Made by a program: the position numbers and the translations under genes
In this document: in pieces, positions 17,871-28,947 of the stretch
Numbering within the stretch: position 1 is the stretch's first letter
Layout: each line of letters starts with the position of its first letter
NCBI GenBank assembly: GCA_944393465.1
Contig: CALYAG010000007.1
Coordinates: forward strand, 12,844 to 76,843
DNA length: 64,000 bases
Reading direction: 5' to 3'
Origin: an uncultured Clostridia bacterium
GTDB taxonomy: Bacteria; Bacillota; Clostridia; TANB77; CAG-508
The notes under the pieces: generated by a model
What the model saw: only the letters and a program-made list of their open reading frames with translations
What the model was told of the DNA's origin: nothing
Databases searched by the model: none

Positions 17871-20428
17871 ATCATAGTTTTCACTTTAACTTGTTTGTCA
17901 AATCTTATACTAATTTCTCCACATTTGTCTGTTCTATATATCTTACATCCTAAGCCGTCTATTCTATCCAAAACGCCACTATTGGGATGTCCAAAATTAT
18001 TGTCCTCGCCTACTCCTATTAGTGCTATTTTAGGGTTTACCGCTTCTAAAAACTGCTTTGTACTAGATGTTTTTGACCCATGATGTGCAACTTTTAATAT
18101 AGTAGCTCTTAACTCTTCCGAATCATCTTCATATAAGTTTAATATCTTATTTTCCGCTTTTTCTTCAATATCTCCCGTAAATAATATTGATATATTTTTC
18201 CACATAAATTTAAAAACAAGTGCATTATTATTTTTTTCATTGTCCGTTATAGGCTCATTGTCTGGAAATAAAATTTTTATTATGCTCTTTCCTATTTTTA
18301 TAGTATCTCCCTTTTTTACATAAATTAAATTTGTGTTTTGCTTTTTTGCTAAATTTAGAAATGTCTCATATTCGCTTGATTTCTGCCCTAGACTTGAAAT
18401 AATAGCATTTTTTACTTTCATATTTTCCAGTACAAAATTAAGTCCTTGGCAATGGTCTGAGTCAAAATGGGATACTATAACATAGTCAATTGTTCTTATT
18501 CCTCTATCTAAAAGATACGGGAACAAAGTCATTTCTCCTACGTCAAATGTTTCTCCATATGAGCTCCCTCCTCCATCTATTAATATAGTTTTATTACTTA
18601 CTCTTATAAGAGTGCTATCTCCCTGTCCTACATCGATAAAATTCACTTCTAGGTTGTTCCTTTTGGATGCCATAATTGGAAATGTAAAATTTGCTACTAT
18701 TACTACTATTAAGCAAATCAAAGTAAATCTTTTAAATATCACCATACTTGTATCTTTAGAATGAATATTTGCCCAATTTGTAATTTTTGCAATAAATTTA
18801 TTTAATTTACTTACAATTTTTTGTAAAAAATCTTCACTATTTTTTAAATAAAGCATAATGTACAAAAGTATTATTAGCACAATATTTGGAGTAACAACAT
18901 ATATTTTTGAAAACGGGATTAAACTACAGCAATGTGCTATGTATATTAATAATTTTAGCATTAAATTAAGTATTATAAATAGTGGAGAAATCAAATTATG
19001 TAGTATCATATATAAAAATATTAATGCAAATGCATATAGTACAATTATTCCAAGTATTGCACCTGCAAGCAAATTTGAAATCACAAATGAAAGCGAAATA
19101 GTATTGAAAGTATACATCATTATTGGAATTATTACTATATTTGCAGATATTGTTACACTAATAGATTCTTTAATGTAATTACATATGCTTTCACCTATGT
19201 TCCAACTTTTATTAGCTATTTCTTTTCTTCGATTATTGTTTTCATTAATATTAGCTTCATTACATATGCTATTATTATTGGGTAATTTTATATTTTCATT
19301 TTTCTTATTCTTGACTTTTATTGAATCTTTAAATTTATTATTTAATTGTTCTATAAAATTAGTTACTACTTTATTAAAAGCTACAATTCCTATAACTCCA
19401 CCATAAGATAATTGCACTCCTACATCAAATATTATATATGGATTTAATATAATTTGAATTAGCATTGCTATAGCCATATTGTTCCATATATCAGATTTTC
19501 TATGAATTATGCTTGCTACTACTCCCAAAGAAGCCATTATTCCAGACCTTACAACAGAGCCAGTATTACCAGTTAAATTCATGAATAGTACTATAACTAT
19601 TAGCATTAAAATTTGTCCTAATCTTTTGCGTTTTAGAAATTTATTTATATATGTTACTGCTAAAATTATATATACAAAATGAGAACCCGAAACAGCAAGC
19701 ATGTGGGTTAAATTAGATGTTTTAAAATCTTCTTGTATGTCTTCTGCTAAATTTGTTCTATCACCTATGACTAGCCCTATACATAGTTCAGCTTCATTTT
19801 CATCCAAATTTGCTTTTAAAATGCTTTTTATATATTCTTTAAATGAAATTATACCTTTCCCAATAAAACTTCCTTTATTTTTTGATTTAAGCTCTATTTG
19901 TGAACCTTCAAAAGTTCCATAAATATTTTGAGTTTTTAAATATAAAGAATAATCATACCCGCCATAATTTCTTTGCCCATTTGGCTTGTTATATGTAGCA
20001 TTAAAAGCTATACAATCGCCATATTCCAGCTCTTTGCTATAATCTTTCTTTTTAACATCTAATAAAAATTTTTTGCCTTTGAAAATTTGATTAACTACAG
20101 TCTGCTCATTTTCTTTTTGTATATTTTCATTTTTTATGCCAGTTCTACTATTCTGTGAATTATCTTCTTTTTTAGTAATTTTGTTGTTCTGCGAATTATC
20201 CGTTTGTGTATACTTATTTTGAATTTTATTTATTTGCTTAATTTTTATAATATATGTCGTTTTATAATCTGTTTCAGATTTTTTGCCTAATATAAGTCCT
20301 TCAAAATTCGTACTTGCGCCATCTAATTCATAAACTTTGTCATAGTCAAAAAAGACCACACCACAAGAGTGCAGTCCTATTATTATAAATATTACAATAA
20401 TAGTGAGAACACAAATTGGCCTATTCAT
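17867..20428 (-). CDS. comEC: ComEC/Rec2 DNA internalisation competence protein with a C-terminal metallo-beta-lactamase domain
   Basis: 853 aa. Polytopic core (LAVSGSHFVYI) and an MBL domain (FIDVGQGDSTLI, VSHFDSDHCQG, KVAHHGSKTS). Confidence 0.88.
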   Translation of the reverse strand: MNRPICVLTIIVIFIIIGLHSCGVVFFDYDKVYELDGASTNFEGLILGKKSETDYKTTYIIKIKQINKIQNKYTQTDNSQNNKITKKEDNSQNSRTGIKNENIQKENEQTVVNQIFKGKKFLLDVKKKDYSKELEYGDCIAFNATYNKPNGQRNYGGYDYSLYLKTQNIYGTFEGSQIELKSKNKGSFIGKGIISFKEYIKSILKANLDENEAELCIGLVIGDRTNLAEDIQEDFKTSNLTHMLAVSGSHFVYIILAVTYINKFLKRKRLGQILMLIVIVLFMNLTGNTGSVVRSGIMASLGVVASIIHRKSDIWNNMAIAMLIQIILNPYIIFDVGVQLSYGGVIGIVAFNKVVTNFIEQLNNKFKDSIKVKNKKNENIKLPNNNSICNEANINENNNRRKEIANKSWNIGESICNYIKESISVTISANIVIIPIMMYTFNTISLSFVISNLLAGAILGIIVLYAFALIFLYMILHNLISPLFIILNLMLKLLIYIAHCCSLIPFSKIYVVTPNIVLIILLYIMLYLKNSEDFLQKIVSKLNKFIAKITNWANIHSKDTSMVIFKRFTLICLIVVIVANFTFPIMASKRNNLEVNFIDVGQGDSTLIRVSNKTILIDGGGSSYGETFDVGEMTLFPYLLDRGIRTIDYVIVSHFDSDHCQGLNFVLENMKVKNAIISSLGQKSSEYETFLNLAKKQNTNLIYVKKGDTIKIGKSIIKILFPDNEPITDNEKNNNALVFKFMWKNISILFTGDIEEKAENKILNLYEDDSEELRATILKVAHHGSKTSSTKQFLEAVNPKIALIGVGEDNNFGHPNSGVLDRIDGLGCKIYRTDKCGEISIRFDKQVKVKTMI

Positions 20429-20530
20429 TTTGTTCCTTTCTGTGCCCCCACTATTTAATTACTACCTATAAATTGCTTTTACATGCTTTTAATTGTCATT
20501 ATCTACTTATTTTGTTGTTTTATCAACATA

Positions 20531-21481
20531 TTACTGTCTGCTACCTGATAAATATTGTTTCATCATATATCCATCGCCATCTGTAACCGAAACTTTGTAC
20601 CAGTCCCCTTCTTCCCCATTTACAGTAACTGGTGTATTGCGTCCTACACTTGCAACAATATCTGATGATGTTGTTGCTTGTGCTCTAATATATACAGCAT
20701 CAACATTTACATACATTGTTTTTGGGTAATCTTCTGAATTTGAAGAATTACTATTAGAATCATTATCTGAATTATTGCTATTATTATCACTGCTTGAAGT
20801 ATTGTCTCCATTATTTGAATTACTTGCATCTCCATCATTTTCATCTAGAGAATTGTCATCAGCATTATTTTCATCCGAAGAATTATCATTTTCATCAGAA
20901 CCTGCATTCGCTTGACCATCTGAAGAATTTGTATCAGAAGAATTATCTACTGTGTTGTTTTCATCTAAATTTGTATCATTATTATCACTTCCGCTAACAT
21001 CTTCTGTACCATTAACATTACTTGTAAATACCCATCCAGAAGCTGTATCTGTTTGAATATATGCCCATTTACCTGTTATAGAAACAACCAAAACCTCAGT
21101 ACCACTATTTACAGTTCCAAGTACCGTTGAATTAAGTAATGGTAAAACATACAAACTTGAATTTGTATTTACTATTCCATTTGAATTTGCTTTTGCTGGT
21201 ATACTTGTATTTGCAGTAGCCTGACTTACCTCGACATATTGCTTGCTTACATAGCCTTCATAGTCTTGATATTTTATTTGATACCAATCTCCTTCTTCTG
21301 CAATAATGTCAAATGAAGCATTTGCAGGTAAAACTGTTACAACATTTGATGAAGTTGATGGGCTTTCTCTAACATTTAAAAAGTCTGTATCCTTTAAAGT
21401 TCCTGTGTTTGCAAAGCTGACAGTTGCAAATATTAAAGCAAATATTATAAAAATTGTTAATATATTTAGCAATTTTTTCAT
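20531..21481 (-). CDS. Secreted protein with two bacterial SH3 domains joined by an Asn/Asp/Ser-rich linker
   Basis: Signal-peptide-like N-terminus. GDWYQIKYQDYEGYVSKQYV and GDWYKVSVTDGDGYMMKQYL are SH3b-type motifs. Long N/D/S low-complexity linker. Confidence 0.75.
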   Translation of the reverse strand: MKKLLNILTIFIIFALIFATVSFANTGTLKDTDFLNVRESPSTSSNVVTVLPANASFDIIAEEGDWYQIKYQDYEGYVSKQYVEVSQATANTSIPAKANSNGIVNTNSSLYVLPLLNSTVLGTVNSGTEVLVVSITGKWAYIQTDTASGWVFTSNVNGTEDVSGSDNNDTNLDENNTVDNSSDTNSSDGQANAGSDENDNSSDENNADDNSLDENDGDASNSNNGDNTSSSDNNSNNSDNDSNSNSSNSEDYPKTMYVNVDAVYIRAQATTSSDIVASVGRNTPVTVNGEEGDWYKVSVTDGDGYMMKQYLSGSRQ

Positions 21482-21797
21482 TTAATTCCTCCTAAGTGAT
21501 TTCATCTTTTTAAATTATTTTGTGGTTCTTATCTCACAAAATCGATTTTATTTATATCATATCATATTAATTATCATAAAACGTAAATTATTTATATCGT
21601 ATTCCTTTTAAAAATCTTCATAATTATCTTATAACTTATGCCTCCCAAAGTCAAGATATTTGTAACAATTTTGTAATATTTGTTTATGTACTTTTTATAA
21701 ATTTTGTGATATACTTAATGAGTATTTGCTAAAACTATTATACCCTTTTATTTTTTAGCGTTTTTAAATATCCTATAAATTATATTTACTAATATTT

Positions 21798-21871
21798 GCG
21801 GGAGTAATTTAATGGCAGAATGTGACCTTCCCAAGGTTAATGTGCGAGTTCGATTCTCGTCTTCCGCTCCA
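21798..21871 (+). tRNA. tRNA-Gly (anticodon CCC)
   Basis: Hand-folded cloverleaf: acceptor GCGGGAG/CTTCCGC, anticodon stem TGACC/GGTTA with loop TTCCCAA, T-arm GCGAG-TTCGATT-CTCGT, discriminator T and encoded CCA. Confidence 0.88.
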
Positions 21872-21921
21872 ATCTAACCTACTATTACTTTTGTAGTAGT
21901 GCGGGAGTCAAAAATGATTTT

Positions 21922-21950
21922 GGAGAGTTCTTAGCAACTCTCCTTTTTAT
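21922..21950 (+). terminator. Intrinsic terminator after tRNA-Gly
   Basis: GGAGAGTT-cttagc-AACTCTCC followed by TTTTT. Confidence 0.75.
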
Positions 21951-22034
21951 TTTGCTTTTTTTCTTCCATAAATTGACAAAATTTATTTTTTATTATAAAA
22001 TATTCATAATAATTATTTTATTAGGAGAATCTAC

Positions 22035-23014
22035 ATGAATAAGAGTGAAAATTTGTACTTTAAATTATTAGATAAATCAAAAGAAGCCTTTGCTCTAGCT
22101 ATTGAAATATATAATAAGCCTACTATTAAATATAGAGTAGAAGGTTTTGCCTTTTTTATATGCAATGCATGGGAATTGATGTTAAAGGCATATTTAATAA
22201 AGACTAATGGAATGCAGTCTATATATTATTCAAATAAACCAGATAGAACAATCAGTTTGACCGAATGTATAAAAAGAATTTTCACAAATGAAAAAGATCC
22301 ATTAAGGCTAAATTTAGAAAAGATTATAGAATTAAGAGATACCAGTACACATTTTATTACCGAAGAATATGAAATGGTATATATACCACTATTTCAAGCA
22401 AATATTTTGAATTTTAATGACAAAATGATGGCTCTTCACAACGTAGATATGACTACTGTAGTACCTCAGAATTTCTTAACTTTATCTGTTAGTTTATCTG
22501 ATTTAGAGGATTCAACTATCAAGGCAAAATATACTAGAGAAATTGCTGAAAAATTTATAGATACTAAACATGAACTAGAAAACTTATCTACTGCTAATAA
22601 TGCTAAATTTGCAATAAGAATTGACCATTATTATTATATAACTAAAGATAAAAATCAGGCTACAAATTTAGTGGCAATTGATAACTCATCTAATGATAAT
22701 ATAAAAATTGTTAAGGAGTTAAAAGACCCCAACGAAACTCATAAATATACTACGAAGCATTGTGTTGAAATAATAAATAAAAATTTATCAAGAAATAATA
22801 TAATATTAAAATACAATGGTAACGAAACAAATTTTACTAAGTTCCATTTTAATAATTTTTGTAAACATTTTGGTATAAAAAGTAATCCTAATTTTTGCTA
22901 CACATATAAAATTCTAAGTTTCCACAATATTCATATTCACAACAGGCAATAGATTTTATTGTTAATGAATTAAGTAAAGACCCAGAAAATATATTAAATA
23001 ACATAAAAAATTGA
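22035..23014 (+). pseudogene. DUF3644-like protein, apparently frameshifted near 22905-22920
   Basis: The N-terminus AFALAIEIYNKPTIKYRVEGFAFFICNAWELMLKAYL resembles DUF3644 from memory. The annotated frame stops at 22950-22952. The overlapping +2 frame stays open from ~22911 to a TGA at 23012-23014 and reads NSKFPQYSYSQQAIDFIVNELSKDPENILNNIKN. Confidence 0.5.
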
Positions 23015-23178
23015 GCTAACCCCAGGGGCAAAGGATTCTAAATATATTTTTGCAAATATATCTACTCTCATTCGAGAACCCAGCCTTATCCTTCACAAGT
23101 TAGCTCTTAGTATTATTATTATACTATAAAATAAAAAATATTCAAGTATTTTTAACAAATTTTTGTAATTTTTCATTT

Positions 23179-23703
23179 TTATTTTTCAAATATATGACAT
23201 ACACTACTATCGGCACACCTACTTGTATATTTGTCAGCAGTCATATCTTTAATTGGAAATTTATTTCTATCAAAAAAAGGTTTTCCAATTTTCATACTGT
23301 ATGTATAAACTCTTAGAATACCATTAGCACCTAAAGCATCACACATATCTGCATCGGATACAATTTTACCTTCAATGGTTGTTGGTGAGCAACCTTTTAA
23401 TCTTTTGCTATAGCCAATATTATTTAAGGCAAGGCATACTCGCCTTTGTATATTTTTATCTACATTACAATCATTCATTATTCTTTTTGCATTTGTTAAA
23501 TTTATAGCATTTTCCATACCAAATAATTTATAATCATCTACATCATGTAATAATGCAATTAAAGAAACAATGTCTTTATTTCCATTTTCATTTTCGGCAA
23601 ATTTTAAAGACAAATCTAAAACTCTGTTTATATGCTCCATTCCATGTCCTGAGTTATCCTTATCTAATAATTCACTTACTTTTGCTTTTACTTCTTCTAT
23701 CAC
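23179..23703 (-). CDS. HD-domain phosphohydrolase; possibly 3'-truncated
   Basis: GHGMEHINRV ... LIALLHDVDD (H...HD metal-binding signature). 174 aa. Confidence 0.7.
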   Translation of the reverse strand: MIEEVKAKVSELLDKDNSGHGMEHINRVLDLSLKFAENENGNKDIVSLIALLHDVDDYKLFGMENAINLTNAKRIMNDCNVDKNIQRRVCLALNNIGYSKRLKGCSPTTIEGKIVSDADMCDALGANGILRVYTYSMKIGKPFFDRNKFPIKDMTADKYTSRCADSSVCHIFEK

Positions 23704-23765
23704 TATTTGCCCTCCATAAAACTTTTATATTTCATATTCAAAGTAATGAAAAAATAAATTTATTT

Positions 23766-23799
23766 TATAAAAACAAGGTAAGCAACTATTGCCTACCTT
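23766..23799 (-). terminator. Intrinsic terminator downstream of tuf
   Basis: The minus strand reads AAGGTAGGC-aatagt-TGCTTACCTT followed by GTTTTTAT. Confidence 0.65.
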
Positions 23800-23828
23800 A
23801 TTTTTATATTATACTAAATTGTATATTA

Positions 23829-25031
23829 TTACTCAATTATTTCTGATACAACACCAGAACCAACTGTTTTTCCACCTTCACGAATAGCGAATCTTAATCC
23901 TTGTTCGATAGCGATTGGTGTGATTAATTCGATTGTCATATCTACGTTATCACCAGGCATTACCATTTCTGTTCCTGCAGGTAAATCAATTAATCCTGTA
24001 ACGTCTGTTGTTCTGAAATAGAATTGTGGTCTATATCCATTGAAGAATGGTGTATGACGTCCACCTTCTTCTTTTGTTAGAACGTATACTTGTGCTTTGA
24101 ATTTTGTATGTGGATGTATTGTTCCTGGTTTTGAAAGAACTTGACCTCTTTCTACTTCTTCTCTTTGAATACCTCTTAATAGAACACCGATGTTATCACC
24201 AGCTTCTGCTTGGTCAAGAGTTTTTCTGAACATTTCTATACCTGTAACAACAGTCTTTTTCTTGTCTTTTGAAAGACCTACTATTTCAACTTCGTCAGAT
24301 AATTTTAATGTTCCTCTTTCAACTCTACCAGTAACAACTGTACCTCTTCCTGAAATTGTCATAACATCCTCAATTGGCATTAAGAATGGTTGATCAACTG
24401 GTCTTTCAGGTGTTGGGATATAATCATCAACTGCATCCATTAATTCTTTTATACATTGATATTCTGGAGCATTTGGATCTGTTGATGTAGATTCTAGTGC
24501 TTTTAAAGCTGAACCTTTTATTACTGGAATTTCATCTCCAGGGAATCCATAGCTTGTTAATAGGTCTCTAACTTCCATTTCTACTAGTTCTAGTAATTCT
24601 GGGTCATCAACCATATCACATTTGTTTAAGAATACAACGATGTATTTAACACCAACTTGTCTTGCAAGTAAGATGTGCTCTCTTGTTTGAGGCATTGGGC
24701 CATCTGCTGCTGAAACAACTAATATAGCACCATCCATTTGAGCAGCACCTGTAATCATGTTCTTTACATAGTCTGCGTGTCCTGGGCAGTCAACGTGAGC
24801 ATAGTGTCTCTTGTCTGTTTCGTACTCAACGTGAGCTGTATTAATTGTGATTCCTCTTGCTTTTTCTTCTGGTGCACTATCAATTGCACTGTAGTCTTCG
24901 AATTTTGCTTGTCCTTTTAAACTTAGCCATTTTGTAATAGCTGCTGTTGTTGTTGTTTTACCATGGTCAACGTGGCCGATTGTACCAATGTTAACGTGTG
25001 GCTTATTTCTTACGAATTTTTCCTTAGCCAT
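23829..25031 (-). CDS. tuf: Translation elongation factor Tu
   Basis: 400 aa with [17 protein letters not shown] and NKCD GTPase motifs. Unmistakable EF-Tu sequence. Confidence 0.97.
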   Translation of the reverse strand: MAKEKFVRNKPHVNIGTIGHVDHGKTTTTAAITKWLSLKGQAKFEDYSAIDSAPEEKARGITINTAHVEYETDKRHYAHVDCPGHADYVKNMITGAAQMDGAILVVSAADGPMPQTREHILLARQVGVKYIVVFLNKCDMVDDPELLELVEMEVRDLLTSYGFPGDEIPVIKGSALKALESTSTDPNAPEYQCIKELMDAVDDYIPTPERPVDQPFLMPIEDVMTISGRGTVVTGRVERGTLKLSDEVEIVGLSKDKKKTVVTGIEMFRKTLDQAEAGDNIGVLLRGIQREEVERGQVLSKPGTIHPHTKFKAQVYVLTKEEGGRHTPFFNGYRPQFYFRTTDVTGLIDLPAGTEMVMPGDNVDMTIELITPIAIEQGLRFAIREGGKTVGSGVVSEIIE

Positions 25032-25230
25032 TTTTAAATCCTCCTTATTTTTATTTTATTAATTTAAAACATTAATAACTATTTAAGACTATTGCTAAAT
25101 TTAATTTTATTAATTAACCATAAAGTTTATTACTAATTGATTAAATTTAGCATTTACATTTTATAACATTTTAGTTAAAAATGCAAGTCTTATTCGTTTT
25201 TTATTTTAAGTTACAAGTATTTTATAACAT

Positions 25231-25264
25231 TATTTTCGTTTTAGGACCGTCCCCAACTGAAAAA
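25231..25264. repeat. Solo arm of the REP/MITE-like element, abutting the fusA stop codon
   Basis: ATTTTCGTTTTAGGACCGTCCCCAACTGAAAAA ends directly at the fusA stop (25265-25267). No partner arm occurs in the 233-bp fusA-tuf spacer. Confidence 0.85.
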
Positions 25265-27355
25265 TTAGTCTTGTTTCTTTGCTCTTGATGAAACTATTTG
25301 CTCTAAGATAGATTTTGGTACTTCTTCATAGTGAGAAGGTTCCATTGAATATGTTCCTCTACCTTGTGTTTTTGAACGTAAGTCTGTTGCATAACCAAAC
25401 ATTTCTGAAAGTGGAATGAATCCTCTTATTATTTGGTTTCCGCCTCTAGCTTCCATTCCTTCCATTCTACCACGTCTAGCATTTATGTCGCCAATAACAT
25501 CTCCCATGTATTCTTCTGGAACTGTTATTTCAACTTTCATGATAGGCTCTAATAGAGCTGATTTACCTTGTTTACAGCCTTCTTTGAATGCCATTGATGC
25601 TGCTATTTTGAATGCCATTTCTGAAGAGTCTACTTCATGATATGAACCATCTACTAATGTTGCTTTGAAGTCTATAACTGGGTATCCTGCAAGAACACCG
25701 CTCATAGCTGCTTCTCTTACACCATCTTCAACTGGTTTGATGTATTCTTTTGGTACAGCACCACCAACGATTTTGCTTTCAAATTGAACGCCTGAACCTG
25801 GCTCTAATGGTTCCATTTCTAGCCATACATCACCGTATTGACCATGTCCACCAGATTGACGAACGAATTTACCTTGTACTTTAACCTTATTTCTAATTGT
25901 TTCTTTGTAAGAAACTTGTGGTTTACCTACAGTACATTCAACTTTAAATTCTCTCTTTAATCTGTCTACGATAATGTCTAAGTGTAATTCACCCATACCT
26001 GCTATAATTGTTTGACCTGTTTCTTGGTCTGTCCAAGTTTTGAATGTTGGGTCTTCTTCTGCAAGTTTTGCTAAAGCTACACCCATTTTTTCACTATTTG
26101 CCTTGTCTTTTGGCTCAATAGCTATATCTATAACTGGTTCTGGGAATTCCATTGATTCAAGTATAACTGGGTGATCTACATCACATAGTGTATCACCTGT
26201 TGATACGTCTTTTAAACCAACTGCTGCTGCAATATCTCCAGCATATACTTTGTCAACATCTTGTCTATGGTTTGCATGCATAAGTAGAATTCTACCGATT
26301 CTATCCTTCTTATCCTTTGTAGCATTTAATATTGTAGAACCTGTTGTAATTGTTCCTGAGTAAACTCTAAAGAAACATAATTTTCCAACGAATGGGTCTG
26401 TCATTATTTTAAATGCTAAAGCTGAGAATGGTTCTTTGTCATCAGTCTTTCTTTCTACTTCGTTTCCATCTTCATCAACACCTTTGATTGGTGGAATGTC
26501 TAGTGGAGATGGTAAATAATCTACAATAGCATTTAATAATTCTTGCACACCTTTATTTTTGTAAGATGAACCGCAAGTTACTGGTACTAATGTATTTGCA
26601 ATTGTTCCTTTTCTAAGACCTTTTTTGATTTCTTCCTCAGTTAGCTCTTCGCCTTCTAAGTATTTCATCATTAAGTCATCATCTTGTTCTGCAGCTGCTT
26701 CAATCATTTCTGATCTATATTTTTCTGCGTCTGCTTTCATATCTTCAGGAATATCTTGTTCTTCGATAACTTTTCCTAAATCATCTTTGTGAACAAATGC
26801 TCTCATTTTGATTAAGTCAACTATTCCTTGGAAATTATCTTCAGCTCCTATTGGAAGTTGAATTGGAACAGGATGACATCCTAATCTTTCTTTCATTTGA
26901 TCAACACAAGCATAGAAGTCAGCACCTGTAATATCCATTTTGTTTACATATGCCATTCTAGGTACTTGATATTTATCTGCTTGTCTCCAAACAGTTTCTG
27001 ATTGTGGTTGAACTCCACCTTTTGCAGCTAATACTAAAACTGCACCATCAAGAACTCTTAAAGATCTTTCAACTTCAACTGTAAAGTCAACGTGACCTGG
27101 TGTATCGATAATGTTTATTCTATTACCTAACCAGTGACATGTTGTAGCAGCTGATGTAATTGTTATACCTCTTTCTTGCTCTTGAACCATCCAGTCCATA
27201 GTAGCAGCGCCATCGTGAACTTCACCTATTTTATGTGTTCTACCAGTATAGAAAAGTATTCTTTCTGTTGTGGTAGTTTTGCCCGCATCTATATGGGCCA
27301 TAATTCCTATATTTCTTGTTTTCTCTAAAGGAAATTCTCTTCCGTCTCCGGCCAT
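25265..27355 (-). CDS. fusA: Translation elongation factor G
   Basis: 696 aa with [27 protein letters not shown] and NKMD. Confidence 0.97.
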   Translation of the reverse strand: MAGDGREFPLEKTRNIGIMAHIDAGKTTTTERILFYTGRTHKIGEVHDGAATMDWMVQEQERGITITSAATTCHWLGNRINIIDTPGHVDFTVEVERSLRVLDGAVLVLAAKGGVQPQSETVWRQADKYQVPRMAYVNKMDITGADFYACVDQMKERLGCHPVPIQLPIGAEDNFQGIVDLIKMRAFVHKDDLGKVIEEQDIPEDMKADAEKYRSEMIEAAAEQDDDLMMKYLEGEELTEEEIKKGLRKGTIANTLVPVTCGSSYKNKGVQELLNAIVDYLPSPLDIPPIKGVDEDGNEVERKTDDKEPFSALAFKIMTDPFVGKLCFFRVYSGTITTGSTILNATKDKKDRIGRILLMHANHRQDVDKVYAGDIAAAVGLKDVSTGDTLCDVDHPVILESMEFPEPVIDIAIEPKDKANSEKMGVALAKLAEEDPTFKTWTDQETGQTIIAGMGELHLDIIVDRLKREFKVECTVGKPQVSYKETIRNKVKVQGKFVRQSGGHGQYGDVWLEMEPLEPGSGVQFESKIVGGAVPKEYIKPVEDGVREAAMSGVLAGYPVIDFKATLVDGSYHEVDSSEMAFKIAASMAFKEGCKQGKSALLEPIMKVEITVPEEYMGDVIGDINARRGRMEGMEARGGNQIIRGFIPLSEMFGYATDLRSKTQGRGTYSMEPSHYEEVPKSILEQIVSSRAKKQD

Positions 27356-27467
27356 ATGTTTTTCCCCTTTCTGTTAAGATTTTGTTTTAAGCAATTTGCT
27401 TAAATATTTTTATGCAATTTTTGTTTTCCAATAATAATATTTGTGTTTTGCAAACATTTTAATATTA

Positions 27468-27938
27468 TTAGAATTTGTAATGAGCGAAAGCTTTGTTAGC
27501 TTCTGCCATTTTATGCATATCTTCTTTCTTCTTGAATGCTCCACCATTGTTTGCGATAGCGTCTAGTATTTCAGCTGCTAGTTTTTCAGACATTGTTTTT
27601 TCATTTCTTGTTCTAGCATATCTAACTAACCATCTTAAGCCTAATGTTTGTCTTCTTTCAGGTCTGATTTCTAGTGGAACTTGGTATGTTGCACCACCAA
27701 CTCTTCTTGCTTTAACTTCAAGAACTGGCATTACATTATTTAAAGCTTCTGTGAAAACTTCTAGTGGGTCTCTTCCAGATTTTTCTTTTATAATGTCAAA
27801 TGCATCATATACTATTTTTTGTGCAACTGTTTTCTTACCATCAAGCATAACATTGTTGATTAATTTTGTAACAACTTTGCTGTTATACATTGGATCTGGT
27901 AATACGTCTCTTTTTGCTATAAATCCTTTTCTTGGCAC
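27468..27938 (-). CDS. rpsG: 30S ribosomal protein S7 (GTG start)
   Basis: 156 aa; [27 protein letters not shown] is typical S7. AGGAGGG RBS upstream of the GTG. Confidence 0.96.
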   Translation of the reverse strand: MPRKGFIAKRDVLPDPMYNSKVVTKLINNVMLDGKKTVAQKIVYDAFDIIKEKSGRDPLEVFTEALNNVMPVLEVKARRVGGATYQVPLEIRPERRQTLGLRWLVRYARTRNEKTMSEKLAAEILDAIANNGGAFKKKEDMHKMAEANKAFAHYKF

Positions 27939-28276
27939 TATTCTTCCCTCCTTATTAATATTTGATGTAAACCTTACATCTAGGTACTCTGAAACATGAG
28001 CTTTTTATGTTTTAAACTTGCATTTGCAAATTTTTAATTAAGATAAATTTTGCAACTAAGTTTTTAAAATAAAAGTTGGCTCTGTTTCCGCATAGTGCAA
28101 TCTATGTATAATTTAAGTCCTAAATTATCAATTATTGCACCTTGCTTAATTTGACTAATCTAAATATTGCTTGTTTTTTGTCTTAATAATATATTCTTAA
28201 TTTCATATAAAATATATTAAAAACTTCTTATAGAAATTTAGCTTTTAAGTTTATTTTTTAGCATATAACTTTTGGC

Positions 28277-28690
28277 TTATTTCTTTGGTTTCTTTGCACC
28301 ATATTTAGATCTGCCTTGCATTCTGTCTTTAACACCTGCTGTATCAAGTGTTCCTCTTATAATGTGGTATCTAACACCAGGTAAATCTTTTACCCTTCCA
28401 CCTCTAATTAGAACAACGCTGTGTTCTTGTAGGTTGTGTCCTACACCAGGAATATAAGAAGTAACTTCATAACCATTTGAAAGTCTAACCCTTGCTACTT
28501 TTCTTAAAGCTGAATTTGGCTTTTTAGGTGTAACAGTTTTTACAACTGTGCAAACTCCTCTTTTTTGAGGTGCTCTTGCATTAGTTTGCTTATTCTTCAT
28601 AGAATTGAATCCATGTTGTAAAGCTGGTGACTTTGATTTTGCTTTTGATGATTTTCTTCCTTTTCTTACTAATTGATTAATTGTTGGCAC
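28277..28690 (-). CDS. rpsL: 30S ribosomal protein S12 (GTG start)
   Basis: 137 aa with [11 protein letters not shown] ... [10 protein letters not shown] ... [16 protein letters not shown]. Confidence 0.96.
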   Translation of the reverse strand: MPTINQLVRKGRKSSKAKSKSPALQHGFNSMKNKQTNARAPQKRGVCTVVKTVTPKKPNSALRKVARVRLSNGYEVTSYIPGVGHNLQEHSVVLIRGGRVKDLPGVRYHIIRGTLDTAGVKDRMQGRSKYGAKKPKK

Positions 28691-28777
28691 TTAAATTTCA
28701 CCTCCTGATTTGATTTTTAAAACATTTTGCCTGCCTAAACGAATTAAAATATATTATTTAACTCATTTTGTAAAGGC

Positions 28778-28835
28778 AAAATAATACTGCTATTTGAAGA
28801 GCCCATAATGGCATCTTAAATAACAGTATTATTTT
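28778..28835 (-). terminator. Long AT-rich hairpin between the 683-aa ORF and rpsL; terminator or str-leader structure
   Basis: AAAATAATACTGCTATTTGAAGA pairs with TCTTAAATAACAGTATTATTTT (about 22 bp with a bulge and wobble pairs), around a 13-nt loop. Confidence 0.4.
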
Positions 28836-28905
28836 ACCATGATTTTTGCTTAAAGTCAATGGATTTTTTATTGTTTTTCATTATTTTGCGTGTGTTATTG
28901 TCAAT

Positions 28906-28937
28906 AAGAACCGTCCCAACTGACAACTGACAGTTGG
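28906..28937. repeat. Degenerate remnant of the REP/MITE-like element
   Basis: AACCGTCCCAACTGA caactga CAGTTGG, about 10 nt 3' of the 683-aa ORF stop. Read on the minus strand, CAGTTGGGACGGTTCTTA resembles the family arm. Confidence 0.5.
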
Positions 28938-28947
28938 TAAGTTACAA

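Noticed and set aside
21899-21909. TGCGGGAGT repeats the first bases of tRNA-Gly 30 nt downstream of it, a possible att-site duplication
   Set aside because: The match is only 9 nt and corresponds to the 5' end of the tRNA, whereas integrases normally duplicate the 3' end. No integrase is nearby, so this is insufficient evidence.
23015-23178. Possible tRNA fragment or attR, or a small ribozyme, in the gap between the DUF3644-like gene and the HD gene
   Set aside because: There is no convincing match to the tRNA-Gly 3' end or to any ribozyme core I know. Only a short GAGCTAAC/GTTAGCTC inverted pair and an AT palindrome are present.
27493-27999. 168-aa plus-strand ORF, and similar long antisense ORFs (3128-3514, 4931-5527, 29198-29707, 44046-44564, 46381-46836, 34592-35047, 42446-42772)
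   Set aside because: Each lies entirely opposite a strongly supported conserved gene (rpsG, copA, the 683-aa ORF, the kinase, the giant gene, the SNF2 helicase, lepB). They have Ser/Phe/Leu/Ile-rich shadow-frame composition and lack RBSs.
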